Source: Marsupella aquatica (taxonomy: Eukaryota > Plantae > Marchantiophyta). Taken from it: a stretch of DNA of 64,000 nucleotides. Below the pieces are notes generated by a model. The model searched no databases. It had not been told where the DNA came from and saw only the letters and a list, made by a program, of their open reading frames with translations. A program made the position numbers and the translations under genes. Shown here one piece after another: positions 26,350 to 39,537 of this stretch; position 1 is the stretch's first letter, and the number at the start of each line of letters is the position of its first letter. The stretch covers positions 17,828,457-17,892,456 of the forward strand of contig OZ316897.1 in the NCBI GenBank assembly GCA_973895155.1, read 5' to 3'.

Positions 26350-26909
26350 TGAAAAGTAGTTATTGTTTGTGACATTACCATTGAAAAACATGGATAACTT
26401 GAAAATTTACAAATTTTCAAAATGCCTTTACCACTTATTCATGAATTCATGGTTAAAGTTTCTTGAGAAATTTGTAGTTTAATATTATCTTAGTGGGTTG
26501 TGTTTCAATTCAATTAGATGGTGTCATTTCTATTCTCCTTGTCTTCTTTTCACAATAATGTGTATCAGGTTAAGTTGTAGTAATTTATTTTCTGGTTTTT
26601 AAATGACAATGGCTTTTGGAGGTGATTTAGTTGTTGTTTCAAAAGACACCTCGTGTAATTGTGAGACCATTGTAGATAATAGTGTTGTATTTGAGATCAT
26701 TTATTGGTGGAATGTAACTTCAGATGAATTTGGTCATTTTTAGGTGTCAAAACATAGCTAGTTTATGTCATATTTTGTTCGCTCCATATTTTTGCTCTAA
26801 AATAGGTGCTAATTTTTGCACTTTTTTTGACTTTTTCGTTGTTTTTCTGATTTTTTGGCTAGAGTTCCTAAAGTATGGGCTTGTTACTCATCATTTAAGG
26901 CTTCTTGTT

Positions 26910-28503
26910 GAATGCAATGCTCACAGAACTCTAATTTACAAGATTGCAAATCAAAAATGAGTCCATTCTTCCGTAAGATAGCCAAACCCTTCTCGCTCAT
27001 GTGGCCTAGCCGTGAATGCCACAGTTGAGTCATCTCCTCGTGAGACTTGGTTACATTGGCCTCTCCACATACAGTATTGCCCTGTAACACATACACATTC
27101 TTTTGTCTACTCCCCTTCAAAATCACTGTCTCTCCCGACCTGACTTGAAGTTCACCATTAATAACGCTCCATTGATGACCATTTGAATCCAACACACCGA
27201 GTGAAATCAGATTCTTACGCATACCAGGTACATACCTGACTCCGGACACTGTGCGCACAGCGCCATCAAACATTTGAATCTTTACAGACCCAATTTCCTC
27301 AATTTGACAGGAGTGATCATTTCCCATCAGAACTGAATCGTTTGAAACAGAGTAAGAACTGAAAAACTCATGAATGTAACAAATATGAAAAGAGCAAGCA
27401 CAATTAAGAATCCACACATCATCTGCTCTCCTAGATGACGTGCACAGGGCATACCCCCGGCTTCATAAAACATACTCATCATTGAGTAAATCAGCTTCTC
27501 CATCAGCCCTAGCCACATTTGCCGATGAAGTTTCCGCTGCCTTTCCCTTACAGTCTCGCTTGAAGTGTCCAACTTGGTTGCACTTCCAACATGTCACCTG
27601 CCTCTTCTGAGGGGATTTACCCTTGGACTTAGATCTGGATTTAGATCTAAACTAGGTTCTACGGTCCCCAGTTGGTCGCTGCATACTCCTCCCACGGTTA
27701 ACATTGAGGGCAGCACCAGATGATGAAGGCTGTGACGTGATGTGCATCTTCTGCTAAAGATCATCACTAAGCAGAGAACTTACCACGTCATTGTATGAAA
27801 TGGTATCCCTATCACGATGCAACAACACTCGTGATAGGGACTGGTAAGATGGAGGCAATGAACTAAGAAGCTGCAGAGCCTTTGTCTCATCATTCAAAGT
27901 CTACCCAAGGTTTTCCAAGTCAACGACCATGTCATTGAAAGCATCCACATGGTCTTGCAACTTTGTACCGGATTCCTTCATCCTGAAACTCATCAGTTTG
28001 TAGGAAGTGTAGAGCCGGTTCGACAACTCCTTGCGGTGATACTTGCTCTGCAATTCCGCAAACAAGGACATGCAATCCTTATGTGCACCCAAGTGCTTGA
28101 TGATGGGAGGCATGAGATAGAGTGTAACACACCACACTCCCTGCTCCTGCATGCGGTCCCATTGTTTCTCATCAACATCGTCTTCACGAGGGCTCAGCAG
28201 TTGGCCCATCCCTGACGCATAGAGCAATCCCTTCACCTGCTTCTCCCATAGCAAGTAGTCAGAGCGCCCATCATACTTTGTCACTTCATACTTGGGTCCC
28301 CCAAGCTTGAAAGTCCCCATCTTCTTCTTTGGCACTACCGTGAGCTCCGGTAGTAGTACTGCTTCCTCCACCACACGTCGCACCGGTGATGGTATCGATG
28401 TCACGTGCTCTTCCTCCTGCTCCTCTCTCTGCCCCTCAAACCGCCGCGGTGATCCTCGTGCCTCAAGTTCCACGTCTTCAAAAAACTCCTCCGAATCACT
28501 CAT
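26910..28503 (-). pseudogene. copia gag, protease and GAG-pre-integrase, 5' part, disrupted
   Basis: KYDGRSDYLLW (gag), a CCHC zinc knuckle near 27560-27590, WILNCACSFH (protease), LWHSRLGHMS..CEHCI continuing as LGKQHR on the far side of element A. Confidence 0.92.
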
Positions 28504-29887
28504 ATGAGAAAATCACAAAAAATGTCGTTTTTCACAACTTCTCAAAAAACTCAAAACTCAACACCGCCGCGTAGCCCACAAAACTAGGAGTCCAATACTG
28601 AAAAACCGAAATCAAAATCAAAATTTGACGGAAAAGTTATTCAAATTTCGGTCGAGGTGGGTAAAACCTTGGGAAACTCCCCCGTTTTGACCACCTCAGG
28701 GAATAACCAAAATACCAAGTACAACCCGTCGTCGGAATTGCAATGTGATTGGTGCGCCGCGTTTCCAACTTCAATGGCTACGACCTCGCCGAAAAAGAAC
28801 CAAAAAAGTTACCGTTCGGCGGACGAAATCTTTGTCGGACAGTCAAAAAATAGCTCTCTGGTTTTTTGGAATATTCTATGACCCTTGTACAGGCCCTGTG
28901 GGAATTTTGGAAGAACAATCGAGGGGCTGACACGTGTCCTCGAACCCCCAAAACCCCCTACCACCCTTCGTCGTCAAAATCTGGTCGCGCGCGCAGAAAA
29001 TACACACGACAGAATGTACCCCTCGACACCAAACACAAGATATCTTACTCAGGATTTGACGAAATCAAGATCTGATTTCAGATTTGGAAACTAGACTTTG
29101 AGGCGGTGAAGATCGATATAAGAAGCACCCAAAACAAGGAAAGAACGAGGGAGAAAAAATTGGTAAAGATGACAGATTTCTCTCAATTGCCATAGCCAAT
29201 TTCGATTCATTTTTCCAAAGAGAAAAAATGGTACCTTGTCAACAACGAATGTTGATCAATTGCACTTGGTGCCGTCACCAAGTCCAACAGCGTAATTGAT
29301 TTTTCTTAGCCTTCCTCTTTGCATCAAAGAGCCAATCCCAGACTCAAAACAATCGTCTTGCCTCAATCTCTCCGTTGAGTCAAAACACTTGATGCTTCTC
29401 CCTCCGAGTCGATTACCACGACAAGAAACCCCGATCAGGCAAAAGAGGACTCCATAGCCGGTCAGAAAATCAGAATGTTTCTTTTGCTCGTCCCGTCGCA
29501 CACGGTACTCACTTGGTAACAAATCAGCTACCAAAACAAACAGCTCATCCCGATCTACAAGCAGAGCTACAGCATGCGATGCCTCCTTTGCCGTAGAGCT
29601 CACACCGTCGAGAAAACAAACTCTAGTCCCTCCTCCAAAAAACCGTCAAACACAAATGTTGCCAACTTTCTTCACAAAATCCAGAATGACAAAAACTTAG
29701 ATCTCTCTACACCACGAGCTCCGTTCAGCAATTTCTTCACACCGTTAGAAAGCTCTTGCCCCGATCTATCCGTTGAGCCCATAAACTCCAAGTTCCATGC
29801 GACGGAACTCCGGGAAATCCATCGACACTGAATGCTGGAAAAACCGTCATGAAATCCCGTCACGAACACACATCACCTCCCAAGCAT

Positions 29888-29899
29888 GCTCTGATACCA
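29888..29899 (-). other. Primer binding site (tRNA-iMet)
   Basis: Minus strand TGGTATCAGAGC, 2 nt from the 5' LTR. Confidence 0.95.
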
Positions 29900-29901
29900 A
29901 T

Positions 29902-30286
29902 TGTTGAGCATAGACGATGATCGCAACGGCAAGCCCATGAACCATCCAATGCACAATAGTCGACACAAGAGATACGTGGTTCATCTCCTTGAGGCTATGT
30001 CCACGGGAACACACAAGAGAGCTTTACTGAACTCTAAGCCCGTCGGCTATACCGAGTCTCCACAGTGTAAGCTCTCCCTATCTCTCAAGTGGCTCCATAA
30101 CAATGAGCCTTGGTTCTACATCTCCAAGCACACGTGCCTCTTATGATATAGTGTGCAACTTAGTTGTACCTAACCACATAGTTGTACCTAATCACGTAGT
30201 TGTACCTAACCACGTAGTTGTACCAACCCACGTTGTTGTACCAACCACGTCATACCTAACCTAGACGTAAGAGTAAATACCCAACA
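29902..30286 (-). repeat. copia 5' LTR (385 bp)
   Basis: Direct repeat of 15543-15909 with TG...CA ends. Confidence 0.97.
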
Positions 30287-30651
30287 TTAATTTGGCTGCC
30301 TGATTTAATTGTCAATATTATTGTGACATGGGTAACGTGTCACTTAACCGAACGTAGGTCCTAGATTAGGACTTATACGGTCATTAGGACCGTAGCCGTA
30401 GCGTAGAATAGCACGAGTAGCCGTCTTTGCCATTATCAATAGATTAGGAGTAGGTTAGTAGACTGAATGATTATGAATTAAGGAAGGGGATTATTACGAT
30501 CGACCGAGGTATGGTGGCGGCGGCGGAGTAAAAATCCGTTAGGAGATCACGCTTGGACCGAGACGCCAACTTCAGCTCATTATCAGCGACCAAAACGACC
30601 TTGCCCTCTCACACTTGAGCTCACCCTGGAACCTCCATAAGAGCGGAGTCG

Positions 30652-33138
30652 ATGGCGCTGCGGCCCATTTGCTCATTTCTACCTTTCAGAATTCATGGAT
30701 GCTGCCATTCACTCTTGCCTTTTGGTCACATCAAGCTACCTTTTACGAGGAACTTAGTTATCGAGGGTTAAGTGCGGATTGTGGCGAGATTTAGTCAGGG
30801 CGAGTAAGGCTGCCACCAGCAAACGGAACTGCCGGGCGAGAATGCAAACTCGATGAACTAGACTACAAAGGTTAGAATGACCCTTACAGCCTTGGGATTT
30901 TGGACCTTGTTTGGCAAGGTAGGTGCTAAGTTCTCCAAGACTTACTGGTACTCTTGCCCCGAGAAAGCCGCTTACAAACGAAGATACGCAAAGTTGGTGG
31001 CCAAGGTAGCATAGGTTAACTGTGAGAAGACGGCCATCACCAGGGATTCTAGTTACAATAAGCTGCGGGATTACATCACCAAGCTATATATCAGTGAGGA
31101 GGGGTTTAGATCGGTAGCAGAGGCAATTCTTGAAGTCCCCGCAAAGTTCTTTAGGCTGAGGGGCAGCCAGAGACTGACTCCAGCGGAGTTCGACAAGATT
31201 CTAGGATACATCGACCAACAGATTGCAGCCGAGAAGCGTAAAGAAGACATCAGTAGACAACGGGAAGCGGCGCATAATCTTACGTTCCTTGGGGAAAGCT
31301 CCAACGCCTTAAACTGGGATATGGCTACCCTGACACCACCCCCAGCCCCTCAGCCGATGACCACCGGCGTACCACCAAACCGGTCTCAAGTCCGTCCCGT
31401 GAACAACACCGAGTGTTGCTCGGGTTCCGAGCGTGTTAGTCCACAGCTTGAGCAACGTTCTTGGAAGCGGGCAAAGACGACGCCGGCCCTCGAGCCGACA
31501 ACACGAACCAACGCCGCCCCTGCACCTGCCCCGGTGAACCCCCCGACAAACCAGACCCGACGGCCTTCGGATAATCCAAAGTCTAAATTATTACAGGTAA
31601 TCCGCGTCCCCGAGGTAGTTTGGATTGCGATCAAGAAACTTGACCACGCGGACTATCTCAAGGAGCATCAGTTGGAGCAGTTTGCTCACTTGCTATGGCC
31701 ACCGTGCTCAGCCGGGCCAAAGGAGATTTGTGAGTTCATATCCAACTTTGACACTAACACATCGACCACCAAGGTTTCAGGATAGACCTTATCACTCACG
31801 GAGCATCTGTTGGGACAGATCTTTTGTCTGCCAACCGGGCTGGTGTCGGTTAAACTCCAAATTCAGGATAAGGAGTATACACCTTGGCACTTCAAACCCA
31901 AGGGTAAGACAGATAATGGATACAAACAAGGGTCGTGCACCAATTTAATCTGCATGGAGCGGCTTAACTTCATACGAACTACCCTACACATGATTGAGCC
32001 ACGATCCGAGATCTCCCTCTGTACGATCGTACAGGTGGAACAGTACAAACGGCGGAACTGGGCCCAATTCTTTTACCGTAGGTTCTCGGGGGAGCTTAAG
32101 CGGGCTCAAGGAGGTATGGCTATCGGGGGGAGGAGTTACCTGGGAAGTCATATCGCCATCATCCTTGCCTGGTACAAAGCGCGGCAAGAGGCCAGGGGAA
32201 AGAATATGGCCACCTCAGCCCTGACTAATGTCACCCCCACTCCGGAGGAGGCTACCCCGAGCGAGCGGACTACCACGCCTCGGGAAAACCCCTAGCCCGC
32301 GGCCCCGACTAATACTCCGTCACCTCCTCCTGTTGAAATTCCGCCACCCCCTTCTGTCGAGCCTCCGTGACCCCCGGTACAACCACCCCAAATCCCTCCA
32401 CCACCTAAAGAAACCTTCCCCTCCCCATTGCAGACTACGGAGGAGCTCGCCGCCCCGCCTGAGGAACCACTGGTGCCCGAGAGGATGGAGGACTACCAAG
32501 TAGCCCCAGGGACCATGGCCTACGACCTGGTCCAAAAGTTTAGCCAGACTATGTTAGGGGAGCTGGCAACGTATATCGAACAACAAGTCTCGGCGTACTT
32601 CCAACCAGCCTTCTTCATGTTAGAGCACCAACCGCAGATCGTAAGCCGCTTGGAGGAAGAACTCATGGCAAAGGGGAACGAGATTGAGCGCCTCCAAATG
32701 CTAGTGGAACATCTTGAAAAGGAGGCCACTACCCGCTGTGAGGAGTTAGTCCGCACCGTTGAACAACGGGACGGACTAAGCCAAGAGTTGAGCACGGCGC
32801 AAGCAGAACTCAAGAAGTGGGACGACACCTTGCTTCAGTTGCGCTCAGAATCCTCGGCTCGGGTTACCAGCCTAAACAAACTCAACAACCAACTCCTGCA
32901 GTCAGCTCAGTAGGTGGCTAGTCTCTCTGCCGAGCGAGATAAATTGTTGGCGCAGGACCAGACCCATCGTGACTCCATTGGCCAGCTCAGCCTGGAGGTA
33001 GCATGGCTCCAAACCGAGGCCGATGAAGCTGCGAGGCAGAAGAGGCGGTACGGGACAACAAGGCCTTGCAGGACCGCGTTACCCTGCTCGTCCTCCAACG
33101 GGCAAGACCTGGGCCCGCCTCTGATCAAGGTGGCTTGA
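30652..33138 (+). pseudogene. Decayed ~830-codon ORF inside the solo-LTR-like unit (retroelement accessory ORF with Pro-rich linker and coiled coil)
   Basis: ORF pieces starting at 31321, 31810, 32428 and 32914, plus upstream sequence back to ATG 30652, are all in one frame, broken only by TAG/TAA/TGA codons. Confidence 0.65.
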
Positions 33139-33539
33139 GGTCTTGCCCCGACAAGGGGACAAACCCTAGCCCGACCACAGCACGCACGTAAGGGGTGGTT
33201 AGCAGAAGATGTGAGCGGGCGCCGCGCGAGGCAATTGAGTTAGCAACATCTTTTTGATTAGGCTTAATGACAGAATGGCTATCATTAGGCGCCGATTAGC
33301 GGCGCAGTAGGAAGGGTTAGGACAGAGTCAATTAGGATCGGCCGACATAGGATAGAGTCCATCAACGGACTAGGATTTTGGTTAGTAGGCTTGGCTACTG
33401 CCACCCCGGTCAGTGCCCCCGCCACTAACGGTCAACCGGTCAGAGGTAGTGCGGTCGGTTAGTTAGAAGGTAGTTAGTATCAGTCTATTCATTAAAACTG
33501 GAAAATTCTTTGATCTTTGGACATTTAGGCACCAAAAAT

Positions 33540-34282
33540 ATATATATTTGGGCACAAGAATTGTACATTTGGGCAGTGGGAGTTGTACATTTGGGCACCA
33601 GATGTTGTACATTTGGGGGATCAAGATTGTACATAGGAGAAAATGAAATATTAATTTGGATTCTAAAGAAAAACATTTGGGTGATAATAATGTAAAATAT
33701 GTTGGATAAGAAGTAGAATTTACTTACATTGATTCAATTTGACTAATAGAATATAAGTGTCTAGTAAAGCTTCAATATGATCTCTACCCATATAACTAGT
33801 AAAGCTTCAAATAATATGATCTCTACCCATATAACTAGTAAAGCTTCAATATGATCTCTACCCTTAGCTAGCTAAATTAACCTTCTACTTAGGGTTTAGT
33901 TTAAATATCCATTCAGACAAGTAATTTGTTAGTACATTCTAAGCAACTCGAGTTGAAACTAAGGTTTACTAGACAGTACTAAGAGGCACTCACATCCTAT
34001 CATGGATATTAAGACTTCATGTAATATATAGTCTGTATTGATATAATAATTAATTGAAGCAATTATAAAGGTATCCAAGTCCAATTACCTCCACCTATTC
34101 AAACTAGTATCCCAAAATATTATAATAATTAGTTCCTTAAATAGATATACTAGTACTTAGTACTAACCAACACTCAGTAAGTACTAAAGACATGTCTGAT
34201 TCCAAACTAATTGACATAGACTCCCTCACTCTGACATGTCTAATTCCAAACTAATTGACATACTAGACTCCCTCACTCTGAC
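33540..34282. repeat. Subterminal repeats of element B
   Basis: ttgtacatttggg x3-4 (33560-33635); ctagtaaagcttcaa..tatgatctctaccc x3 (33761-33863); ~43-bp duplication gacatgtct.attccaaactaattgacata (34189-34282). Confidence 0.8.
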
Positions 34283-34308
34283 AGAGTGACTACTAAAAAA
34301 CATTTGAC

Positions 34309-37300
34309 TTACTCAACAATCCCTTCCATGTAGGTTTTGAGTGTTTTCAAAACATTCTTGGGAATGGTCAAACCTCTATCAATTATATTTTCTTCTCTAG
34401 AGCGTGACTTGAATCCATACATAGCAGAATTAGCAAATTGCCAACGTTCAGTGGCACTGTCAAACCCAGGATCCACCTCCCAAGTCTTAGTGGTCTGAAA
34501 GCAACGTGAATATCGCACATGATCCGGTGCATCATGCTTACCATGTTTAGGCCTCCACCATTGCACTTGGAACATAGGAGCATACCGTGTACTAGTAGGA
34601 GAATTCTCATTGCATTGCAAGTCTCCTGAAGGAACCTCATGGTTTGGGTCCACAACACCCAAAGCTCTCACCAACCAGAAACGTTCTTTCCCATTCTTCT
34701 TTTCCCATTCATCCTCTGGACGGAGAAATACAAAGTGACCCTCTTGAATGTCCTGCAGAGGAATCCAACGTGCAAGTTCTCGCTCGTGTCGAGCACCAAC
34801 AAATGTTGCAGCTTGATCCTCCATCTCTTCCAAGTACTCATTCTGAAGCTCCACCATTTGTGGATTCTGTGTACTACTACTAGGCTCCCCCAATGGTTCA
34901 AAGGTTCCTGTACTATTAACCTTGTAACCAGTTCCGTGGTTGGTTTTTGGCCAGAATTCATATGTCAATGCTAACTGTATTTCTGCCTCCCCTTCAATTG
35001 TAAGCTCCCCAGATAATACTTGCACCACCATCTCCCAATATTTTACCAAAGGAAACCGCTCACGATATGCTGTAGAGGTCTCATCCTTACAACTCTTCTT
35101 CAAAAACTCAATGTAACGATTAAGGAATGGGATGATTTCTTCAACCTTGCCTCGTACATCCCCGGAGATGGGTTTTGCAAACGGTTGACCTTCTGGTAAA
35201 ATGAGAGCATTGGTGCTGGAATCAGTTCTCCAAATGGACCTTCCGGTTGGAGGGTACCAAGGTTGTTTCACATGTGCTTTGTATTGATATATTGGAACAT
35301 TATCTCTCATAGAGAAAAGAAATGCCACTGGTTTTGAGTGACCCTCTATGTCTTTTACCTTGAAAGTTTTCAAAAACTCTTTGTAAGCTGCAACCTCTTG
35401 GATCAACCGTGTGAATGCTTTCACACTCCCAAACCTCAGCCATCAACCCCAAGAGGGTAGAAACCTCCTTGTACTTCACTTGGTTGGATACTTTTGAAAA
35501 CAATGCATCGACATCCTCATGGGTGTGACCAACCATGAGAAACGATATCTGCACTGTTTCAAAAACCCCTCTACTAACAAGCTCACTGCAAAATGCCATC
35601 ACGTACTGGTTTTTGTTATCTTTCCCTGAATTATCCATTTGCAAGGTCAGGTGCCTTGGCAATGGTTTGAAAGAGGTAGATGTAGCCTTGGGATCAACAC
35701 CAAAGTCATCTTGGTCATCTTCAGCTCCTTGAAATCTAGCAATTGAGACTTTTTTGGGTTCTAAGTAACCTGCGAGAAATGCTTCAAAGTCCAAAAGAGA
35801 TTGAAAAATTGGCCTCGTTGCAGCCCAATATAATCCTTCAAGGAGGTCTCCAGATTTGTCCCCCTTGTAATCCTCCAGATCTCTAAGGCACTTGGCCAAT
35901 GATGTCACTGTGAAGTCTGCATCTCCTGGCCAAAGCCCAGTAAAACTGAAGTGAGCCTACACTCCGGGATCCCTTCCATGGGTCAACATCCCAGTGAGCG
36001 CAATGGGGAGCGGTTGACCACTACCAGACAATGATTTAGGAGTGGGGACCAACCTAGGGATCCATGTCTTGGCCTGGTCCATCTTGTCATGTATAATGCA
36101 AAGATAGTTCTCAGGATCCTTCTTCGCAAGAACCCTATGAGCATAGTAAACATATCTCCTAGACATTTGCTCACGAAGATGGTGAGCTCTTCTTTCCTCA
36201 ATCTCTAAACGCTCTTTCTTTCTCTTCTCCCGCATCAACTGATCTTTGAACTCGGTGCAAAGTGTACACTTTGCAAATGCACTTCCCTTGTGAAAGTCAA
36301 AATTCATGAAGGACTCACTCCAGAGTTTATACATAGTGTTTTCACTCACCTTCACGTAGCCATCTAATTCCATTTTTGAGTATACCTCCTCAAAAATCTC
36401 TTTCTTCGTGAAACAAGATGGAAGTCTGTACTCAACCGTGTCAGTCCCGTGAGACCCTCCATAGGGAAGATGCGGCATGGGTTCTCCGTTTTGGGTTAGA
36501 ATGGACTCCAACAAAGCACGAGCATGCAAGGTGCTTCCCCGTGTCTTGTGTGAACCCTTGTTTCCGTGAAATCCAACCGTGCAACCTGCTTCATATTGAT
36601 TTTTGTAATCATAATACTTGGCAGTGCTGAATCCATGCATTTTAATAAATGCACCCTTGCAAACAAGTCTACTTCTTACAACAAAATATCCTTTTGTCTC
36701 CACTTCCTTCTCCCTACAGCCAAAAAGAGTGAGAATGTGACTGGTTTTGTTGTCGCTTGACATCCCATGGTATTCCCTCCTTATCTCCTGTAGGTCTTCT
36801 CTCGGCATGCTGAGGCAACACTTCAACTTACAACAACCTTCTCTTTGGATGGAGTCGATTTCCTTCTCTGTGATTTTCAGTATCGCCCGAGACTCCAAGT
36901 GCTTCTTCCTTTTTTCATCTGGGTTGACCTTCGTTCTCTTGATGAAATTATACGGGCGCTTCAAAAACTCAGTGTCACCTTTCATATCTACCTCTAGATG
37001 ATCTCGACCATCAATAATTGGTTTCGGATAAACCTCTTCAATGAGATCCAGAAGAAAAATACCCCTTGATATCAGCAAAAGTGAACGGACGGCCCACCTA
37101 ACAAGACCAGGCACTCCTGGGGAGATATTTGGGAAAAATAGAGGGTCAATCACGCGTGTGACAGCAACCCCAACGTGATCTGGTCCAAGAACATCATCAT
37201 CAATTGCACCTGACTCGAAAGGAACTGTGATGATGCCAACCCCCACTTTGGTCCGATTATCCTCAGCATACAATTCCACCTCCTCGGTCATCCAATTAGA

Positions 37301-37990
37301 ACGCAAACTATAATCCTTGAAATTATAATTTGAAAAAACATCCTGTCTGGACAGGTTGTTTAGCATATCCCGGGAAGAACTCCTCCGAGTAACATCCTTT
37401 AAATTCCACAATACAAAAGTATCCAATGCTTCCTGAACGGTATCGGCTCCATTGTGAGGAAAGGGTAACCTCTCCCTTCCTTGAAAAACTTCACATATTT
37501 TCACACTAATCCTAGAAGTGCCAAGTCTTTCATTGTGACATGTCTCATCGGGATTCGTCTTGAACACAAATCCACGAGCCACAATCTGATTGCCGATCCA
37601 GACCTCGACTTCATCGCCAGATACAATCGAGTCTCCAAAACTTTCCACCGACGATTTCTCTGGTACAAAACCCGGAACCGTATCCTTTGTAGAACAGGAG
37701 GCATCCATTTTCGTTGTCGCTGGAGTTGACTGTGACTTCAAATATGCAAAAGGGGCATCCCAAATAATGCAAGAGTCGACAGCATCAAACAGGGTCCTGA
37801 TCGGCGGCAAAGGGTAAGGAATTTCCCGTGATCCCTCATAGCACTTCTCAATGAGAACTCCTATACGATTACTTCCCAAATCAACATTACGCACTGAGTC
37901 ACCCGGGTCAACCTTGAGGACCGTCCCGCAAGCAACTTCCACTCCGTCGATTACGAGGCACACCTTGTCCCCTCGAGAGAAACTCCCCAT
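34309..37990 (-). pseudogene. Transposase of element B with three N-terminal TNP1/DUF8039-like repeats; one nonsense codon and one frameshift
   Basis: GCC.LKCC, VCKGAF, FAKCTLC, IHDKMDQ, LQMDNSGKDNKN, FLMVGHTHEDVDALFSK. In-frame TAG at 35957-35959 (the frame continues AHFSFTGLWPGDADFTV). Frameshift near 35410. Confidence 0.88.
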
Positions 37991-38122
37991 TTTGAAAACG
38001 TGGCCCAAACCGTTGGATGTAGTTACCTCGAGATGATCTCGAGGTAAAGTGACTACAAAAACCCAAGTGTAGAAGTTTATCCCACAAAATTGTGTGATAG
38101 AGAAAATAAGAAGCTCTTCTAC

Positions 38123-38343
38123 CTCGAGACGATCTCGAGGTAGAAGAGGGACAAAAACACCAATACGTCAAAATTCAGAAGTATTTAGCTCAAGACGATC
38201 TCGAGGTAGAACAGGGACCAAAACAACCAATATGTAAAAATTCAGAAGTATTTAGCTCGAGACGATCTCGAGGTAGAAAAGGGACCAAAAACACCAATAT
38301 GTAAAAATTCAGAAGTATTTAGCTCGAGACGATCTCGAGGTAA
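38123..38343. repeat. ~67-bp tandem repeat (about 3.3 units), each unit carrying CTCRAGACGATCTCGAG
   Basis: Motif starts at 38123, 38189, 38256 and 38323 with a conserved spacer gtaga..gggac.aaaa..ccaata.gt.aaaattcagaagtatttag. Confidence 0.92.
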
Positions 38344-39161
38344 AATATGAATCTCACTGAATATCAAACTAAGATTCTATACCTCCGACACTCTAAAAAC
38401 ATTTATTATAAGAAGGAAAACCAAATGCACCATTAGAAAGAAGGGGAAAGTGAATAAGTTTGAGGACCAAACTTATGACTCGAGATGATCTCGAGCCAAA
38501 AAGGACATTGTATTTGACAAAGAAACTATTAGGAATAATAAGCCACCCAAAATAAGAACATATAAATGGCTCTAGATGATCTAGAGGAATGATTTGGTGC
38601 AATTAAGAAAGTAGGCTCCCAGTTTACTTCCAGACACTGAGAAAAAGCTTCTAAAAGGCCATCAAATAGAGGGAAAAGGCTTCCAAATGGATTTTGACCG
38701 ACATTAGTATAAGCTGAAAAGGTTCGGTTTTCTAAAAGATAGGAGCTCAATTATTTTAGACCTCCTTCGGGGCTTAAAATGACAATTTCTCGAAATATCC
38801 TAAACACAAACGTAGACTCCAAAACCCTTGAAAAGAACAACAGAAAGAGATCAGAGCACAAATCTAGAGCCAGAGAGAGGGAGAGGGAGAGGGAGAGGGA
38901 GAGAGAGCAGAGAGGCAGAGGAAGAAACGAGCGAGCGGTGAAACGAAATGAGAAGAATGACCCGTTGAAGAGCAAGGAGAAGCAATATATAAAACCCTGA
39001 CAGACAAAAAGGGCAATAAGACGGAATGGTTGAACTTGTGTCACGGCTAAACTTGCGGCAGGGCTGAAGTACGGATAACAATAATGACAACACGTGTGAC
39101 CGTAATAATGACTGTACGCACCCAGTAGGTTGCGTGGCAGCCTGCCTGAGCCTGCACGAGC

Positions 39162-39215
39162 CCTGGCACGCTTGGCACGCCTGGCACGCTTGGCACGCCT
39201 GGCACGCTTGGCACG
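39162..39215. repeat. 9-bp tandem repeat C(C/T)TGGCACG (about 6 units) in the divergent promoter of element B
   Basis: cctggcacg cttggcacg alternating units. Confidence 0.9.
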
Positions 39216-39537
39216 GCCAAGGCCGACCCCCGAGGGGCTTATAGTGGCTTTAGGGGTTTTGAATTCCCCATTTTCACATTTGCCTCCTCGCCTCTTTGCC
39301 TCTTTGCCTCCTCGCGTCCCTTGCCTCCTTGCCTCTAGATCGTTTCGCGCTCTTGCCTCGAGATCCTTCTATTAGCCTCGAGATTGCAGAGGATCGAGAT
39401 TAGGTTTTTTCCTCGAGATTTTATAGGGTCAAGATTTTGTGTTTAGGCTCGAGCTTCGATAGGGTCGAGATTTTCTTTTTAGGCTCGAGATTTTTTTTAA
39501 GTTCTCAGCCCGTAGTACGTTCCTCTCATCACCAGCC

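Larger units (their letters stand above)
18745..26909 (+). mobile_element. TIR DNA transposon A (Sola1-like/DUF7869-type transposase) carrying a ParB-MTase gene
   Basis: ~32-bp imperfect TIRs AACAAGAAGCCTTAA..GATGAGT...AAGCC. 4-bp TSD GAAT at 18741-18744 and 26910-26913. Removing it restores the copia frame CEHCI|LGKQHR. Superfamily is inferred from the 4-bp TSD and transposase motifs. Confidence 0.92.
15543..30286 (-). mobile_element. Ty1/copia LTR retrotransposon (degenerate), interrupted by DNA transposon A
   Basis: Two TG...CA LTRs; 5-bp TSD TTAAT at 15538-15542 and 30287-30291; tRNA-iMet PBS; PPT; gag-PR-INT-RT-RH order on the minus strand. Confidence 0.97.

Noticed and set aside
28657-29869. 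Short ORFs between copia gag and the PBS
   Set aside because: Long 5' leader of the retrotransposon with no protein motifs.
38123-38343. Regularly spaced palindromic repeats resembling a CRISPR array
   Set aside because: The spacers are near-identical to each other (a tandem repeat), there are no cas genes, and the context is eukaryotic.
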